A stretch of 64,000 nucleotides of DNA from Candidatus Micrarchaeota archaeon (GCA_040757035.1 JBFLYM010000003.1:1079-65078), one strand, 5' to 3'; counted from the stretch's first letter, positions 1-10,675 are shown. Program-made: numbers and translations. The notes: a model not told the origin generated them from the sequence alone.

Positions 1-525
1 ATTTTACTTTTAAAAACACTTGCAGCATCGGTCGGCAATCCAGTGAAGTACGAAACTCTCAGTCAGCAATCCGGAGTTTCTTATAATGAAGTGAAATCAA
101 TGCTGCCACTATTGCAGGACGCGCTTGTAATAGGCATAATCAAACCATTTTATAAAAATATTTCAACCGAAATAAGGAAAAATCCAAAGGTGTATTTTTT
201 AGACAATGGGTTTAGAAATAATCTTTTGGGTGATTTTTCAGGAAATATAACTGGGCAAGCGCTAGAGAATTTTGTATATTGCCAACTTATATCAAAGGGA
301 AAGATTAATTATTGGAGAACTACTTCTGGTGGAGAATTAGATTTTATTGTTGGTGATTTAGAAATAGCTGTAGAGGTTAAGAAAGCAGGAAAGACAAGCA
401 AATCATTTACAAATTTCCTGTGCAAATATGCGCCAAAGAAAACATTTATAGTGTCGTTGGACGAATTAGGTTATGGAGAAACAAATGGAAAAAAATACCT
501 TAAAATCCCAGCAGTGTATTTGTAG
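1..525 (+). CDS. AAA+ ATPase, DUF4143-family (COG1373-like), C-terminal part. The 5' end is cut by the window edge
   Basis: The reading frame is open from position 1. The product aligns with the C-terminal DUF4143 region of the intact paralog at 26510..27694 (…AGKPFTYRSIGSAVNL… versus …TLAASVGNPVKYETLSQQSGVSY…). Confidence 0.55.
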   Translation: MLLLKTLAASVGNPVKYETLSQQSGVSYNEVKSMLPLLQDALVIGIIKPFYKNISTEIRKNPKVYFLDNGFRNNLLGDFSGNITGQALENFVYCQLISKGKINYWRTTSGGELDFIVGDLEIAVEVKKAGKTSKSFTNFLCKYAPKKTFIVSLDELGYGETNGKKYLKIPAVYL

Positions 526-546
526 CATTAAACAAAAAATGGTGGA

Positions 547-1062
547 TCAGCGTATTCGCTTTATTTTTTCTTCTAACGCTTTTCTATCATTTTCGCTAAG
601 AAATATATTATCCTTGAAAAAATTTAAATAAAATTCCTTTATCATTATTTTTGTCTTTTTAGGATCATTGATATAAGCAAGTTTCATATATTCATTATAC
701 TTCTTTTTACATTCTTGGTTTTGTTTATCATCTAAAAACATTAGGCATATTGCAGAGAGAAAATACGCTTCTGCATCATTTTTCTTTAACATTAATACGT
801 TATTCAAGGTTTCTAATGCATCTGCAAACTCAAGTATTTCCATCTTTATAAGAGCATAAAATTTTAGATATTCAGAATCTTTTTTTAGAGAAAGCGCGTG
901 TTCAAGCATTTCACATGCATATTCATAATTTTTAAGTTTATAAGAAACAATTGAACGCAAATAATAAAATCTATCATTATTGTTTTTTGCGATGTTTTCG
1001 TCTAATATCTTCGCAGCTTCAGAATATTTGCCATTATTTATAAGTGTTTCAATATCAATCAT
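547..1062 (-). CDS. TPR-repeat protein
   Basis: Repeated 34-aa TPR-like helices (…YEYACEMLEHALSLKKDSEYLKFYALIKMEILEFADALETLNNVLMLKKNDAEAYFLSA…). Confidence 0.55.
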   Translation of the reverse strand: MIDIETLINNGKYSEAAKILDENIAKNNNDRFYYLRSIVSYKLKNYEYACEMLEHALSLKKDSEYLKFYALIKMEILEFADALETLNNVLMLKKNDAEAYFLSAICLMFLDDKQNQECKKKYNEYMKLAYINDPKKTKIMIKEFYLNFFKDNIFLSENDRKALEEKIKRIR

Positions 1063-1085
1063 ATTTTATTTTTATTTGCCATTAT

Positions 1086-2681
1086 TTATAAGTGTTTCAA
1101 TGGTCGTAGGATACAATTAGATCTAACTTTAAAAAACCTAGCAACTAATTTAACTAATTTTTCTACTATCATGCAATCTATTTTGTTTAAACCACCTAAT
1201 TTTATGAGGAGAATACCATAAACAAGAAATGAAAGCGACGACGCAAATGCAACGCCGATTATTTCAAACAACAGACCATGCAGTGAAAAATCAAAAAGAT
1301 GTTTATAGGAAAGAATTACAACGAGCAACATTGAGATTAGCGGTATAATTGTTTTCAAAATTATGCGTGGCACTTCAAATTTTGCGAATTTATATGCGTA
1401 AAAAATAATTATTAATTCGTTTATAGAATACGAAAACGCTGTTGCATACGCCGCTCCGCTAACTCCATAAATTGGAATTAAGACAAGATTAAGTATAAAA
1501 TTAAGAACAAGTCCTATAAAAGAGGATTTGAACAGCAGATCTGCGCGTCCTACCGCAGAAATCGCGCTTCTTGCAGGATGAGACACTATTCCTATCGCAA
1601 TACCAGGAACAATGATATAAAAGAGCCAATAATAATCCGCATACGCTGGAAAAAGAATTTCTATGATTTCTCGCGCGAAAAAGAGAACGACAATTACCAA
1701 CGGAATAGTGGTATATACGCTCCATTTTACCGCATTATTCGCTAAAGATTTAAAGATTTTTGATTCCATTCCGTGCATATGCGTAAGCATGGGTGTTAAC
1801 ACAGAAAAGATTTGAGATGAAATTGTGTGCATCGCGGTTCTCGCCACATTCATAATAGAATTATACGCTCCGATTATATTTGATGAGGCATAATATCCCA
1901 ATACAATGGTATCAATATATCCCATTAAAACGGATGAAGATTGACTAAGCACAGCTGCAATTCCATACGAAGCGGTTTCCAAAATATCTCTGTAGCCAAG
2001 CAATCCAAATCTTCCTGAAAATTTTGCGAGTTTAATAAATATTGATATAAACATCGCAATATTCACTATCATAATTGACCAAAATGTTGCGTTAAGTGCA
2101 GATTCAACATTTTTTGTTGAGAACAAAAATAACACTGTAACAAGAACTAGTTTTAAAAATGGTAGAATCGCAGAATACAATGCGCATTCTTCAAATTTCC
2201 TTAAGCCAAACAATGCGGATAAAAGAATTGCGTTAAACGAAAGCGAAATACCTATAAATAAAGTTATTACAAGAACAGGCGCGATATCTTTATTATAGTA
2301 CGTTATTATGATATCATTTAGTGTATGAACACAAAAGGAGATCAAAACAGAGAATATTAAAAATGAGATAAGAGCAGTAAAGATGAGCGGTTTTATCTTA
2401 TCCTGTTTTTTTGCTCCTTCATAATAGGGAATAAATCTTGCGAGCGAATCGCCTATTCCTAAAATACCAATTGTTGCGATTATACTTGCAATTGCTAAAG
2501 AAAGAAAATAAATTCCTCCTTCTGCCGGAGTTATAACCCTTAAAATCAAAATATAAAACAGCAATCCACCTATTTTTGAGATTATTGCTGAAGTTATATT
2601 CAAAATGCCGCCCTTTGCGCCTTGTTTTGCAGCAATTATTCTGTCATCAATTTTATCATCATTCATCAATTTTATCATCAT
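1086..2681 (-). CDS. MOP-superfamily polysaccharide biosynthesis/oligosaccharide flippase (Wzx/MATE-like) membrane protein
   Basis: About 12-14 predicted TM helices. Overall similarity to polysaccharide biosynthesis protein/flippases. The N-terminus is encoded by an 18-bp tandem repeat and the extreme C-terminal codons lie in a duplicated 29-mer. Confidence 0.6.
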   Translation of the reverse strand: MMIKLMNDDKIDDRIIAAKQGAKGGILNITSAIISKIGGLLFYILILRVITPAEGGIYFLSLAIASIIATIGILGIGDSLARFIPYYEGAKKQDKIKPLIFTALISFLIFSVLISFCVHTLNDIIITYYNKDIAPVLVITLFIGISLSFNAILLSALFGLRKFEECALYSAILPFLKLVLVTVLFLFSTKNVESALNATFWSIMIVNIAMFISIFIKLAKFSGRFGLLGYRDILETASYGIAAVLSQSSSVLMGYIDTIVLGYYASSNIIGAYNSIMNVARTAMHTISSQIFSVLTPMLTHMHGMESKIFKSLANNAVKWSVYTTIPLVIVVLFFAREIIEILFPAYADYYWLFYIIVPGIAIGIVSHPARSAISAVGRADLLFKSSFIGLVLNFILNLVLIPIYGVSGAAYATAFSYSINELIIIFYAYKFAKFEVPRIILKTIIPLISMLLVVILSYKHLFDFSLHGLLFEIIGVAFASSLSFLVYGILLIKLGGLNKIDCMIVEKLVKLVARFFKVRSNCILRPLKHL

Positions 2682-2698
2682 TTATCAATTTTATATTC

Positions 2699-3283
2699 TC
2701 AAGTTTCTGAATATATTATACTTACAAATCGCTCAAAAAAAGTAAGGACACACAATATCGCTGTAAACATCAGTACTATGGACGCGAGATATTCATTATC
2801 AAGCAAAACAAATAAATATGATATTAAAAGAAGAAAACTTCTTTCCATGCGTTCAAGCATTCCTGATATTTTCACTGCTTGTTCATGTCTTATCGCTTTG
2901 GTATATACGGCATACGCTTTAACAAAGCTGGTCATCCCTGTTCCAAAAAAAAGTATAATCAAAAGCCAGATATCATTCTGCAGGATGAACTGCGAAATAT
3001 GAATATTAAATAGCGTAAGAATTATTAAAAATTCAACAATGCGGTTCGCAATTCCGCACGTAAATTTTGCGCTTTGTATCTGTATACTAGCTTTTTGCGC
3101 AACTATATAACGCCATATGCCCATGAAAAATGCTAAAACAAAAAATCCAAATGAAATGCGACTGCTGTAATTATATACAAAATACGCGAGAAGTGCGAAA
3201 ATTACTGTAAGTGCTGAAATAAAATTGGAATTAAAAAATAATCCATCAAAAAATCCTTGAAATGTTTTATTATTTTTGAACAT
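2699..3283 (-). CDS. Small polytopic membrane protein, possibly a CDP-alcohol phosphatidyltransferase-family member
   Basis: Five to six hydrophobic helices. A weak GFFDG…ANRIVEF pattern is the only hint of a family. Confidence 0.3.
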   Translation of the reverse strand: MFKNNKTFQGFFDGLFFNSNFISALTVIFALLAYFVYNYSSRISFGFFVLAFFMGIWRYIVAQKASIQIQSAKFTCGIANRIVEFLIILTLFNIHISQFILQNDIWLLIILFFGTGMTSFVKAYAVYTKAIRHEQAVKISGMLERMERSFLLLISYLFVLLDNEYLASIVLMFTAILCVLTFFERFVSIIYSET

Positions 3284-3285
3284 AT

Positions 3286-4050
3286 TTATCTATACATACC
3301 GCCACTAGGTGGTCCGCCTTTTGTAATAACCTTAGATTTTATTACATTATCTTTCGCCTTATGACCGAGCCTACGCGCTTCTTTTTCAAGTTCAATAGTA
3401 TCTATCGGAACATCTATTATTTTTGACAATGTTTGTAATGCGTTTGATGCCGCCTTTGGATCCACAAAGTCTGGGTTAGCTTCTGCGAGTACAGCAAGAA
3501 TAGAGTAATCGCTCATGCTTCCAATCGCAAGCAATGTTCCGGCAACTCCGGTAGTCGCGCCTTCCTTTATGCTTTTTCCTATTTTTTTGGAGATAAGCGA
3601 CTCCACACTCTCCTTTTCATTTCCAACAAGATAAACAGCATTTTCGGATCCCTTTAATGAGATTCCACCTATTGAAATTATTTTTTTGGATTTTAATTCA
3701 GTCGCGAATTCAAGAATTTTTATTGCGAGTTCATTAGAAACCGCAACCGGAACAACTATCTCGCTCAAAATCACAATTATATTTTTATCTTTTGAATAAT
3801 AAATTCTAACTGGTGGAAGCGGCGTATAATTATGTATCGCCGCGAGCGGTGCGAATTCATTGCTCATAACGTATCCAATGATAACAAATCCGCATTTCTC
3901 AACTAAGTATGATGTTGCCACGCTTCCAACTAATCCAATCCCAGGAAAACCAACTATAAAAAGCGGTTCTTTTGCATCTATCTGAGATGTCCGAATTATT
4001 TCAATTGCCATAAATGTAAAATATTTCTCAAACTTTATAAATATTAACAA
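3286..4050 (-). CDS. Proteasome assembly chaperone (PAC2/PbaA-PbaB family) protein
   Basis: PLFIVGFPGIGLVGSVATSYLVE…ISIGG…GATTGVAGTLLAIG is typical of archaeal PAC2-family proteins. The true start may be the internal MAIEII at 4011. Confidence 0.65.
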   Translation of the reverse strand: MLIFIKFEKYFTFMAIEIIRTSQIDAKEPLFIVGFPGIGLVGSVATSYLVEKCGFVIIGYVMSNEFAPLAAIHNYTPLPPVRIYYSKDKNIIVILSEIVVPVAVSNELAIKILEFATELKSKKIISIGGISLKGSENAVYLVGNEKESVESLISKKIGKSIKEGATTGVAGTLLAIGSMSDYSILAVLAEANPDFVDPKAASNALQTLSKIIDVPIDTIELEKEARRLGHKAKDNVIKSKVITKGGPPSGGMYR

Positions 4051-4072
4051 AGTATATTAACACTTAATATTT

Positions 4073-5230
4073 TCAATATTTTATTCTTTGCACATGCTCA
4101 ATATCCTTGTCGCCTCTTCCGGACAGGTTCACAATAATTATTTTGTTTTTATCTATTTTTTCCGCAATCTTCACTGCATACGCAACAGCATGGGCGCTTT
4201 CAAGCGCTGGAATTATTCCCTCGCATTTTGAAAGGAGGTAAAAGGCATCAAGCGCCTCATTATCCAAAACCGAAACATATTCTACCCGGTTTTCATCGTG
4301 AAGTTGCGAGTGTTCCGGACCCACAGCAGGATAATCTAGCCCTGCGGATATTGAGTGAGTATCCATTATCTGGCCGTTCTCGTCCTCAAGCAAGTAGCTA
4401 AACATTCCGTGCAATATTCCTGGTTTTCCATAACCGGTAAGCCGGGCTGCGTGCTTTTTTCCGTCTCCGCCAGCTTCAACACCGATCATTTTTACGTTTG
4501 TATCCATAAACGGATAGAACAAACCGATCGCATTACTTCCACCGCCTACGCATGCAACCAGGTAATTCGGCAGTTTTCCCTCTGCTTCTAGGATTTGCGC
4601 CCGCGCTTCCTTTCCGATTACCGATTGAAAATCCCTTACCATTGTAGGATAAGGATGCGGACCGAGTGCAGAACCCAGAAGATAATGTGTATTTTGAAAA
4701 TTCGCAGTGTAATCCCTTAGCGCGTCATTTACCGCATCTTTGAGCATTTGCGAACCACTCTCTACTATGTTGATTTTTGCTCCAAGAAGGTTCATTCTAA
4801 AAACATTTGGTTTCTGCCTTTCTACATCTATTTTGCCCATGTAAATTTCGCATTTCATTCCAAAAAGCGCTGCGGCTGCGGCTGTTGCGACTCCATGCTG
4901 TCCTGCCCCGGTTTCGGCAATTATCCTTTCTTTTCCCATTTTTTTCGCAAGTAAAATTTGTCCGATTGCATTGTTTATTTTGTGCGCTCCGGTATGAAGC
5001 AAATCCTCGCGCTTAAGATAGATTTTTGCTCCACCAATTTTTTTAGTTAATCGCGATGCAAAATAAAGCGGAGTTTCTCTTCCTGCATAATGTTTTAGAT
5101 AATAAGCGAATTCCTTTTGAAATGCAGTGTCTTCTCTATATTTCACATATGCCTGTTCAAGTTCGGCAAGGGCAGGAACCAATGTTTCGGGTATGAATTG
5201 CCCGCCGTATTTTCCAAAATAGCGGTTCAT
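4073..5230 (-). CDS. trpB: Tryptophan synthase beta subunit (stand-alone TrpB)
   Basis: [28 protein letters not shown] and [11 protein letters not shown]-enzyme motifs. The start is placed at the internal [10 protein letters not shown], because the 52-codon N-terminal extension in the ORF track is unsupported. Confidence 0.9.
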   Translation of the reverse strand: MNRYFGKYGGQFIPETLVPALAELEQAYVKYREDTAFQKEFAYYLKHYAGRETPLYFASRLTKKIGGAKIYLKREDLLHTGAHKINNAIGQILLAKKMGKERIIAETGAGQHGVATAAAAALFGMKCEIYMGKIDVERQKPNVFRMNLLGAKINIVESGSQMLKDAVNDALRDYTANFQNTHYLLGSALGPHPYPTMVRDFQSVIGKEARAQILEAEGKLPNYLVACVGGGSNAIGLFYPFMDTNVKMIGVEAGGDGKKHAARLTGYGKPGILHGMFSYLLEDENGQIMDTHSISAGLDYPAVGPEHSQLHDENRVEYVSVLDNEALDAFYLLSKCEGIIPALESAHAVAYAVKIAEKIDKNKIIIVNLSGRGDKDIEHVQRIKY

Positions 5231-5385
5231 GAGTTTGATTACTTTAGTAATTCTTTTAATGGTTTGCCGGTACTTTGTATTTTTCAAGCAGCCAATATCA
5301 AAGCGGAATGTATTTCGTAACCACGTCTCTTTAATTCTAAAAAAAACAACATTCTCTGCAGGTCTATTATTATCTTTTGAATGCA

Positions 5386-6696
5386 TTAATAAGTCTGTTT
5401 TTGTTCTTTGTGTGCATTCTCTGTCTTTTCACGTAGTTCTTTAATAATCTTCTCTATGTTTTTTACTTTAACCTCCATTGATGCTTCACTCTCACTCAAT
5501 GCATTAATAAGTCTGTTTTTTAATTCTTCATTTAATTGCTTGGTGTCAGCAGGCTTTTGTAATATTTTTTCAAGTGCCCATGCTGCATTCCTTCTTACAT
5601 TTTCATCTTCATCTTCATCCTCTAATACTCTAATCAAAGGTCCAACAGCGCTTACATCTCCCAATTTTCCAAGTGCATCTGCTGCACGTGCTCTTACATT
5701 TTCATCTTCATCCTCTAATGCTCTAATCAAAGGTCCAACAGCGCTTACATCTCTTAATTCTCCAAGTGCCCATGCTGCATTCATTCTTACATTTTCATGT
5801 TTATCCTCTAATGCTCTAATCAAAGATCCAACAGCGCTTACATCTCCTATTCTTCCAAGTGCCCATGCTGCATTCATTCTTACATTTTCATCTTCATCCT
5901 CTAATGCTCTAATCAAAGGTCCAACAGCGTGTTCTCCTAATTTTCCAAGTGCCCATGCTGCATTCCTTCTTACATTTTCATCTTCATCCTCTAATGCTCT
6001 AATCAAAGGTCCAACAGCGCTTACATCTCCCAATTTTCCAAGTGCATCTGCTGCACATGCTCTTACATTTTCATGTTTATCCTCTAATACTCTAATCAAA
6101 GGTCCAACAGCGCTTACATCTCTTAATTTTCCAAGTGCCCATGCTGCATTCATTCTTACATTTTCATCTTCATCTTCATCCTCTAATACTCTAATCAAAG
6201 GTCCAACAGCGCTTACATCTCCCAATTTTCCAAGTGCCTCTGCTGCACGTGCTCTTACATTTTCATGTTTATCCTCTAATACTCTAATCAAAGGTCCAAC
6301 AGCGCTTACATCTCTTAATTCTCCAAGTGCCCATGCTGCATTCCTTCTTACATTTTCATGTTTATCCTCTAATGCTCTAATCAAAGATCCAACAGCGCTT
6401 ACATCTCTCAATTTTCCAAGTGCCCATGCTGCATTCCTTCTTACATTTTCATCTTCATCCTCTAATACTCTAATCAAAGGTCCAACAGCGCTTACATCTC
6501 TTAATTCTCCAAGTGCCCATGCTGCATTCCTTCTTACATTTTCATGTTTATCCTCTAATGCTCTAATCAAAGATCCAACAGCGCTTACATCTCTCAATTT
6601 TCCAAGTGCCTCTGCTGCACTGCTTCTTACATTTTCATCTTCATCCTCTAATGCTCTAATCAATTTTTTAATACGATCCTCAACATTCTCTGTCAT
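5386..6696 (-). CDS. HEAT/PBS-lyase-like repeat protein (about 13 x 31-aa repeats)
   Basis: Repeated unit …[31 protein letters not shown]…, the classic PBS-lyase HEAT-like repeat. Confidence 0.8.
   Translation of the reverse strand: MTENVEDRIKKLIRALEDEDENVRSSAAEALGKLRDVSAVGSLIRALEDKHENVRRNAAWALGELRDVSAVGPLIRVLEDEDENVRRNAAWALGKLRDVSAVGSLIRALEDKHENVRRNAAWALGELRDVSAVGPLIRVLEDKHENVRARAAEALGKLGDVSAVGPLIRVLEDEDEDENVRMNAAWALGKLRDVSAVGPLIRVLEDKHENVRACAADALGKLGDVSAVGPLIRALEDEDENVRRNAAWALGKLGEHAVGPLIRALEDEDENVRMNAAWALGRIGDVSAVGSLIRALEDKHENVRMNAAWALGELRDVSAVGPLIRALEDEDENVRARAADALGKLGDVSAVGPLIRVLEDEDEDENVRRNAAWALEKILQKPADTKQLNEELKNRLINALSESEASMEVKVKNIEKIIKELREKTENAHKEQKQTY
5560..6665. repeat. About 12 near-identical 93-bp tandem repeats that make up the coding sequence of the HEAT-repeat protein
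   Basis: Visible period-93 repetition of …catcttcatcctctaatgctctaatcaaaggtccaacagcgcttacatctc…. Confidence 0.85.
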
Positions 6697-6837
6697 CTTT
6701 CATCACCCTTATTTGATATTATAAATTGTAAAAATTTATAAATTGCACGGGTTATCTCGAAAACTCGCACCGAAAAGCGTAAGAATTTTTCTGTTGAATA
6801 TATTTGATATATAGCAAATAGGTAAATAGGTAAAAAT

Positions 6838-7275
6838 ATGGAAAGGGTTCTCATTATTATTGGAAGCGAAAGCGATAGAAAAATTTCTGAAAAGGCAGAA
6901 GAAATTTTGAATGAATTCCAAGTGAAATTTAGAACCGAAGTAGCCTCTGCGCATAGAAATCCGGAAAAACTAGAAAAAATCTTGAAAAAAACAAACGCAA
7001 ATGTGATTATTGCGATTGCTGGTTTAAGTGCACATCTCCCCGGCGTTTGCGCATCAAAAACAATAAAACCAGTTATAGGTGTGCCAGTAAATGTAAAGCT
7101 TGAAGGTTTGGACGCGTTATTGAGTATAATGAATATGCCTTCAGGAATTCCTGTTGCAAGCGTTGGGGTTGATAGTGGAAAAAACGCGGCATTACTCGCG
7201 CTTCAGATATTTGCGGTTTCGGACAAAAAATTACAAAAAAAACTTTCAGAATATCGCAAAAAAATCGTGATATAA
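6838..7275 (+). CDS. purE: N5-carboxyaminoimidazole ribonucleotide mutase (PurE)
   Basis: [10 protein letters not shown]…[16 protein letters not shown]…VIGVP…[10 protein letters not shown] PurE signature. Confidence 0.85.
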   Translation: MERVLIIIGSESDRKISEKAEEILNEFQVKFRTEVASAHRNPEKLEKILKKTNANVIIAIAGLSAHLPGVCASKTIKPVIGVPVNVKLEGLDALLSIMNMPSGIPVASVGVDSGKNAALLALQIFAVSDKKLQKKLSEYRKKIVI

Positions 7276-7350
7276 ATCAAATTTCACCTTCCCAATCTGC
7301 TTAAAAAACTCAAGCGCGGACCTGCAATAATTCATCCAAAAGATGCAGGT

Positions 7351-7866
7351 ATGATAATTGCGTACACAGGAATAGGAAAAAACAGTATTGTTGTTGAAGC
7401 AGGTGCAGGAAGCGGATTCTTCACCATCGCGCTTGCGAATATTTGTAAAAAAGTCTATGCGTATGAATGGAAAAAAGAATTTTTTGAGCTTGCAACAAAC
7501 AATTTGAAACGCGTCGCAACTGATAATAAAATTGATAATAATATAAATAACGTTGAGTTAAAAAACAAGAATATTTTTGAAGGGATAGAAGAAAAGGAAG
7601 TTGATTTGGTAACTTTGGATTTACCTAACGCTGAAAAATGTGTTGCGCTCGCACACAACGCGCTCAAAAACAATGGATGGCTTACAGGCTATTTTCCCAA
7701 TATTGAACAAGCAAAAATATTTTATATAGAATGCCACAAGATAGGATTTTCCGAAATATTTGCGCTTGAGAATATAGTACGAGAATATGAAATACGAGAA
7801 TATGGTGTAAGACCCATACATGTTGGATTAATGCACACCGCGTACTTGATTTTCGCGAAAAAATAG
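7351..7866 (+). CDS. trmI: tRNA (adenine57/58-N1)-methyltransferase TrmI (Gcd14 family), catalytic domain only
   Basis: …IIAYTGIGKNSIVVEAGAGSGFFTIALAN… matches TrmI SAM-binding motif I. The conserved KRGPxIxHPKD motif is encoded upstream of the first ATG (see findings). Confidence 0.7.
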   Translation: MIIAYTGIGKNSIVVEAGAGSGFFTIALANICKKVYAYEWKKEFFELATNNLKRVATDNKIDNNINNVELKNKNIFEGIEEKEVDLVTLDLPNAEKCVALAHNALKNNGWLTGYFPNIEQAKIFYIECHKIGFSEIFALENIVREYEIREYGVRPIHVGLMHTAYLIFAKK

Positions 7867-8116
7867 ATTTAAATATTTTTCTCTTTTTATGTTTTATGCT
7901 TATTAAAATTTAAAATTTTTAAAAATTAAAAAAAGAATTGATGTTAAATCATTGTGCATAATTACGCATATTAAATATTAATACTAAATTTAAATAAATT
8001 TAAATTAAATATTATCTTTGTTATCTTTATAGATTTATCTTTAATCTTTAAATAGTTAGATAATTTAGATAAATAAAAATAAATAAATAAAATATAGATA
8101 AAATAGGTGAATAAAT

Positions 8117-9781
8117 ATGGCAAGACAAGTAGGAGGACAAGAAGGATATATCATGCCGGAAGGTGCTCAGCGCGTACTTGGAAGGGACGCAATGAGAATA
8201 AATATTGCAATTGGATATGCAGTTGCTAACATAATAAAAACCACGCTTGGTCCAAAGGGCATGGATAAGATGTTAGTTTCAGATTTGGGCGATATTGTAA
8301 TTACAAATGATGGAGCCACGATTTTAGAAGAAATGAACGTTGAGCATCCAGCGGCAAAACTTATGGTTGAAGTTGCTAAAACGCAAGATAAAGAAGTTGG
8401 AGATGGAACCACAACAAGTGTTGTTATTGCAGGCAATTTGCTTAAAAAGGCTGGCGATTTGCTTGATCAAAATATTCATCCAACTACTGTAATAAAAGGT
8501 TATGAATTTGCGTGTAAAAAAGCAGAAGATGCACTTATAAGGATTTCAAGCAAAGTCTCACCAGAAGACAATGAAATTCTAAAGAAAATCGCTCTTATTG
8601 CGATGGGTTCAAAAGGAATAGGAAGCGAACGCGAAAAAATCAAAATAGCAGACATTATTGTAAGAGCAGTAAAGCAAATAATAGAAAAAAAGGATAATAA
8701 GATTGTTATTGATGCTGATCTTATAAAAATAGAGAAAAAGGCCGGTGGCGAAGTAATGGATACAGACATCATTATTGGTGTTTTGGTAGATAAAGAAGTA
8801 GTACACGCAGGAATGCCAAAAGAATTAAAAAATGCAAACATCGCACTTATCGATGTTGCACTTGAAATCGAAAAAACAGAAATAGATGCAAAAATAGAGA
8901 TTACAAGTCCGGCTCAAATGGAATCATTCCTTAAACAAGAAGAAAAAATGCTTAAGGATATGGTTGATAAAATTTCTTCTACAGGCGCAACAGCAGTGTT
9001 TTGTCAAAAAGGAATTGATGATGTTGCACAACATTATCTTTCCAAATTAGGAATAATAGCCATAAGAAGGGTAAAAAAGAGTGATATGGAAAAACTCGCA
9101 AGAGCAACCGGAGCAAAAATTGCTTCAAGTCTTGAGGATCTTACAGCAAAAGATTTGGGTTTTGCCGGTGCAATATCAGAACGCAAAATTGCTGGAGAGG
9201 CAATGGTATTTGTTGAAAATTGCAAAGATCCAAAAAGTGTATCTATCTTTGTAAGAGGCGGTACTGACCACGTTGTAAGTGAAGTGGAGAGAGCGGTAAA
9301 AGATGCTATAGGTTCTGTTTCAGCAAGCCTGGAAGATGGCACGTATGTAACTGGAGGAGGAAGTGTTGAAATGGAACTTTCAAAAGAATTAATGACCTAT
9401 GCAACTGAGATAGGTGGAAGGGAGCAACTTGCAATTCAAGCATTCGCAGAATCGCTTGAATCAATTCCTAAAACACTTGCAGAAAATGCAGGAATGGATT
9501 CCATAGACACTTTGGTATCGCTTAGAAATAAGCACAAACATAAAGATGATGATGGAAAATATATAGGCGTTGATGTTCTGTCTGGTAAAATTGGTGATAT
9601 GAACAAAAACGGAGTATTAGAACCTGCAAAAGTGAAAAGACAGGCAATAACTAGTGCAACAGAAACCGCAAGACTTATTCTTAGAATTGACGATATTATC
9701 AGTTCAAAAGGTAAGAGTGGACCAAGTCCAGGAGGTCCTGGGGGTCCTGGAGGAATGGGAGGAGGTCCAGAAGAAATGTAG
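8117..9781 (+). CDS. ths: Thermosome subunit (group II chaperonin)
   Basis: …[13 protein letters not shown]…[10 protein letters not shown]…GDGTTT… and a [13 protein letters not shown]-terminal tail. An AGGTGA Shine-Dalgarno motif lies 7 bp upstream. Confidence 0.95.
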   Translation: MARQVGGQEGYIMPEGAQRVLGRDAMRINIAIGYAVANIIKTTLGPKGMDKMLVSDLGDIVITNDGATILEEMNVEHPAAKLMVEVAKTQDKEVGDGTTTSVVIAGNLLKKAGDLLDQNIHPTTVIKGYEFACKKAEDALIRISSKVSPEDNEILKKIALIAMGSKGIGSEREKIKIADIIVRAVKQIIEKKDNKIVIDADLIKIEKKAGGEVMDTDIIIGVLVDKEVVHAGMPKELKNANIALIDVALEIEKTEIDAKIEITSPAQMESFLKQEEKMLKDMVDKISSTGATAVFCQKGIDDVAQHYLSKLGIIAIRRVKKSDMEKLARATGAKIASSLEDLTAKDLGFAGAISERKIAGEAMVFVENCKDPKSVSIFVRGGTDHVVSEVERAVKDAIGSVSASLEDGTYVTGGGSVEMELSKELMTYATEIGGREQLAIQAFAESLESIPKTLAENAGMDSIDTLVSLRNKHKHKDDDGKYIGVDVLSGKIGDMNKNGVLEPAKVKRQAITSATETARLILRIDDIISSKGKSGPSPGGPGGPGGMGGGPEEM

Positions 9782-9832
9782 ATTTTTTAATTCTTTGCTC
9801 TTTGTTTCAATTTTTTTGTTTTTAATTTTTTA

Positions 9833-10675
9833 TTATCTATCTAATTTTTCGTATTCTTTTTTATATTCTCTTTGCATGATTAAAGCATCAATATCTAATT
9901 TTGGCGTTTCGCATATTATTGTCCCCCGATAACCATTTTCAGAAAGTACTTTCATTAAAGGCTTGTACGGAGGTTGGTTGTTCGTCCCTAAAACAACATG
10001 GTTCAATTCTCCTTTTTCGTTATAATTTATCTCTGAAAAATGGCAGTGCATGTTTTTTGTATATTCGGGTAATTCTTTTTCTAAAATTGAAAAAATCTTT
10101 CTGTAGTCCTCTTCGCTTTTTATAGAAAAATCGCCCCTTGCGTGCAAATGCGCGAAATCTAAAACAGGTGTTACACATTCCAAATCTTGCGCCATGCGTA
10201 TATTTTCATAAAAACCTCCGAACGCGCTTTTCTTTCCAACAGTCTCAGCTCCGAGTACGCATTTTATTTTTTCTTCACTCATTCTTTCTTTTATCTCCAA
10301 GAGGCGTTTTTTTGCTGTTTTGAATGCCTCTTCTCTGCCCAATGTTTGATAAAAACCAGGATGGAAAACGGTGATTTTTCCATTAACGAGAAAAGTCGCC
10401 TTTGCGGCAAGAAAAATATGTCGCTTGCTATTTTCACTTTTTACGTTGTTTGGGGTACATAAATTTATATAATATGGTGCATGAGAAGAAATACTAACGT
10501 CTAACTCATTTGCCTTTTTTTTCACTTTTTTCGCGGTCTCGTCATTCATTTTTACTCCACGCACGAATTCTATCTCCATTGCATCCAACCCAAGCTTTTT
10601 GCAGCATTCTACTCCTTTCAGGGTGCTTACTTCTTCGCATTGAATTGGAATTCCTGCTGGACCGAATCTTATCAT
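9833..10675 (-). CDS. Xylose-isomerase-like TIM-barrel protein (AP endonuclease family 2/endonuclease IV-like)
   Basis: MIRFGPAGIP… N-terminus and H/E-rich metal-binding positions typical of the family. Confidence 0.45.
   Translation of the reverse strand: MIRFGPAGIPIQCEEVSTLKGVECCKKLGLDAMEIEFVRGVKMNDETAKKVKKKANELDVSISSHAPYYINLCTPNNVKSENSKRHIFLAAKATFLVNGKITVFHPGFYQTLGREEAFKTAKKRLLEIKERMSEEKIKCVLGAETVGKKSAFGGFYENIRMAQDLECVTPVLDFAHLHARGDFSIKSEEDYRKIFSILEKELPEYTKNMHCHFSEINYNEKGELNHVVLGTNNQPPYKPLMKVLSENGYRGTIICETPKLDIDALIMQREYKKEYEKLDR

Noticed and set aside
1501-1725. 74-aa minus-strand ORF inside the flippase gene
   Set aside because: Alternative frame of a clearly membrane-protein gene. Cys/Arg-rich nonsense composition.
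5560-6665. Possible CRISPR array (regular near-identical repeats)
   Set aside because: The repeats are contiguous 93-bp units with no unique spacers. They maintain one long open frame encoding HEAT repeats, and there are no cas genes nearby.
5408-6724. 438-aa plus-strand ORF rich in Ser/Thr/Ala (…[11 protein letters not shown]…)
   Set aside because: It is the antisense reading of the 93-bp HEAT tandem repeats. The protein is low-complexity and periodic for the same reason. The minus-strand HEAT/PBS-lyase repeat protein is the recognisable product.
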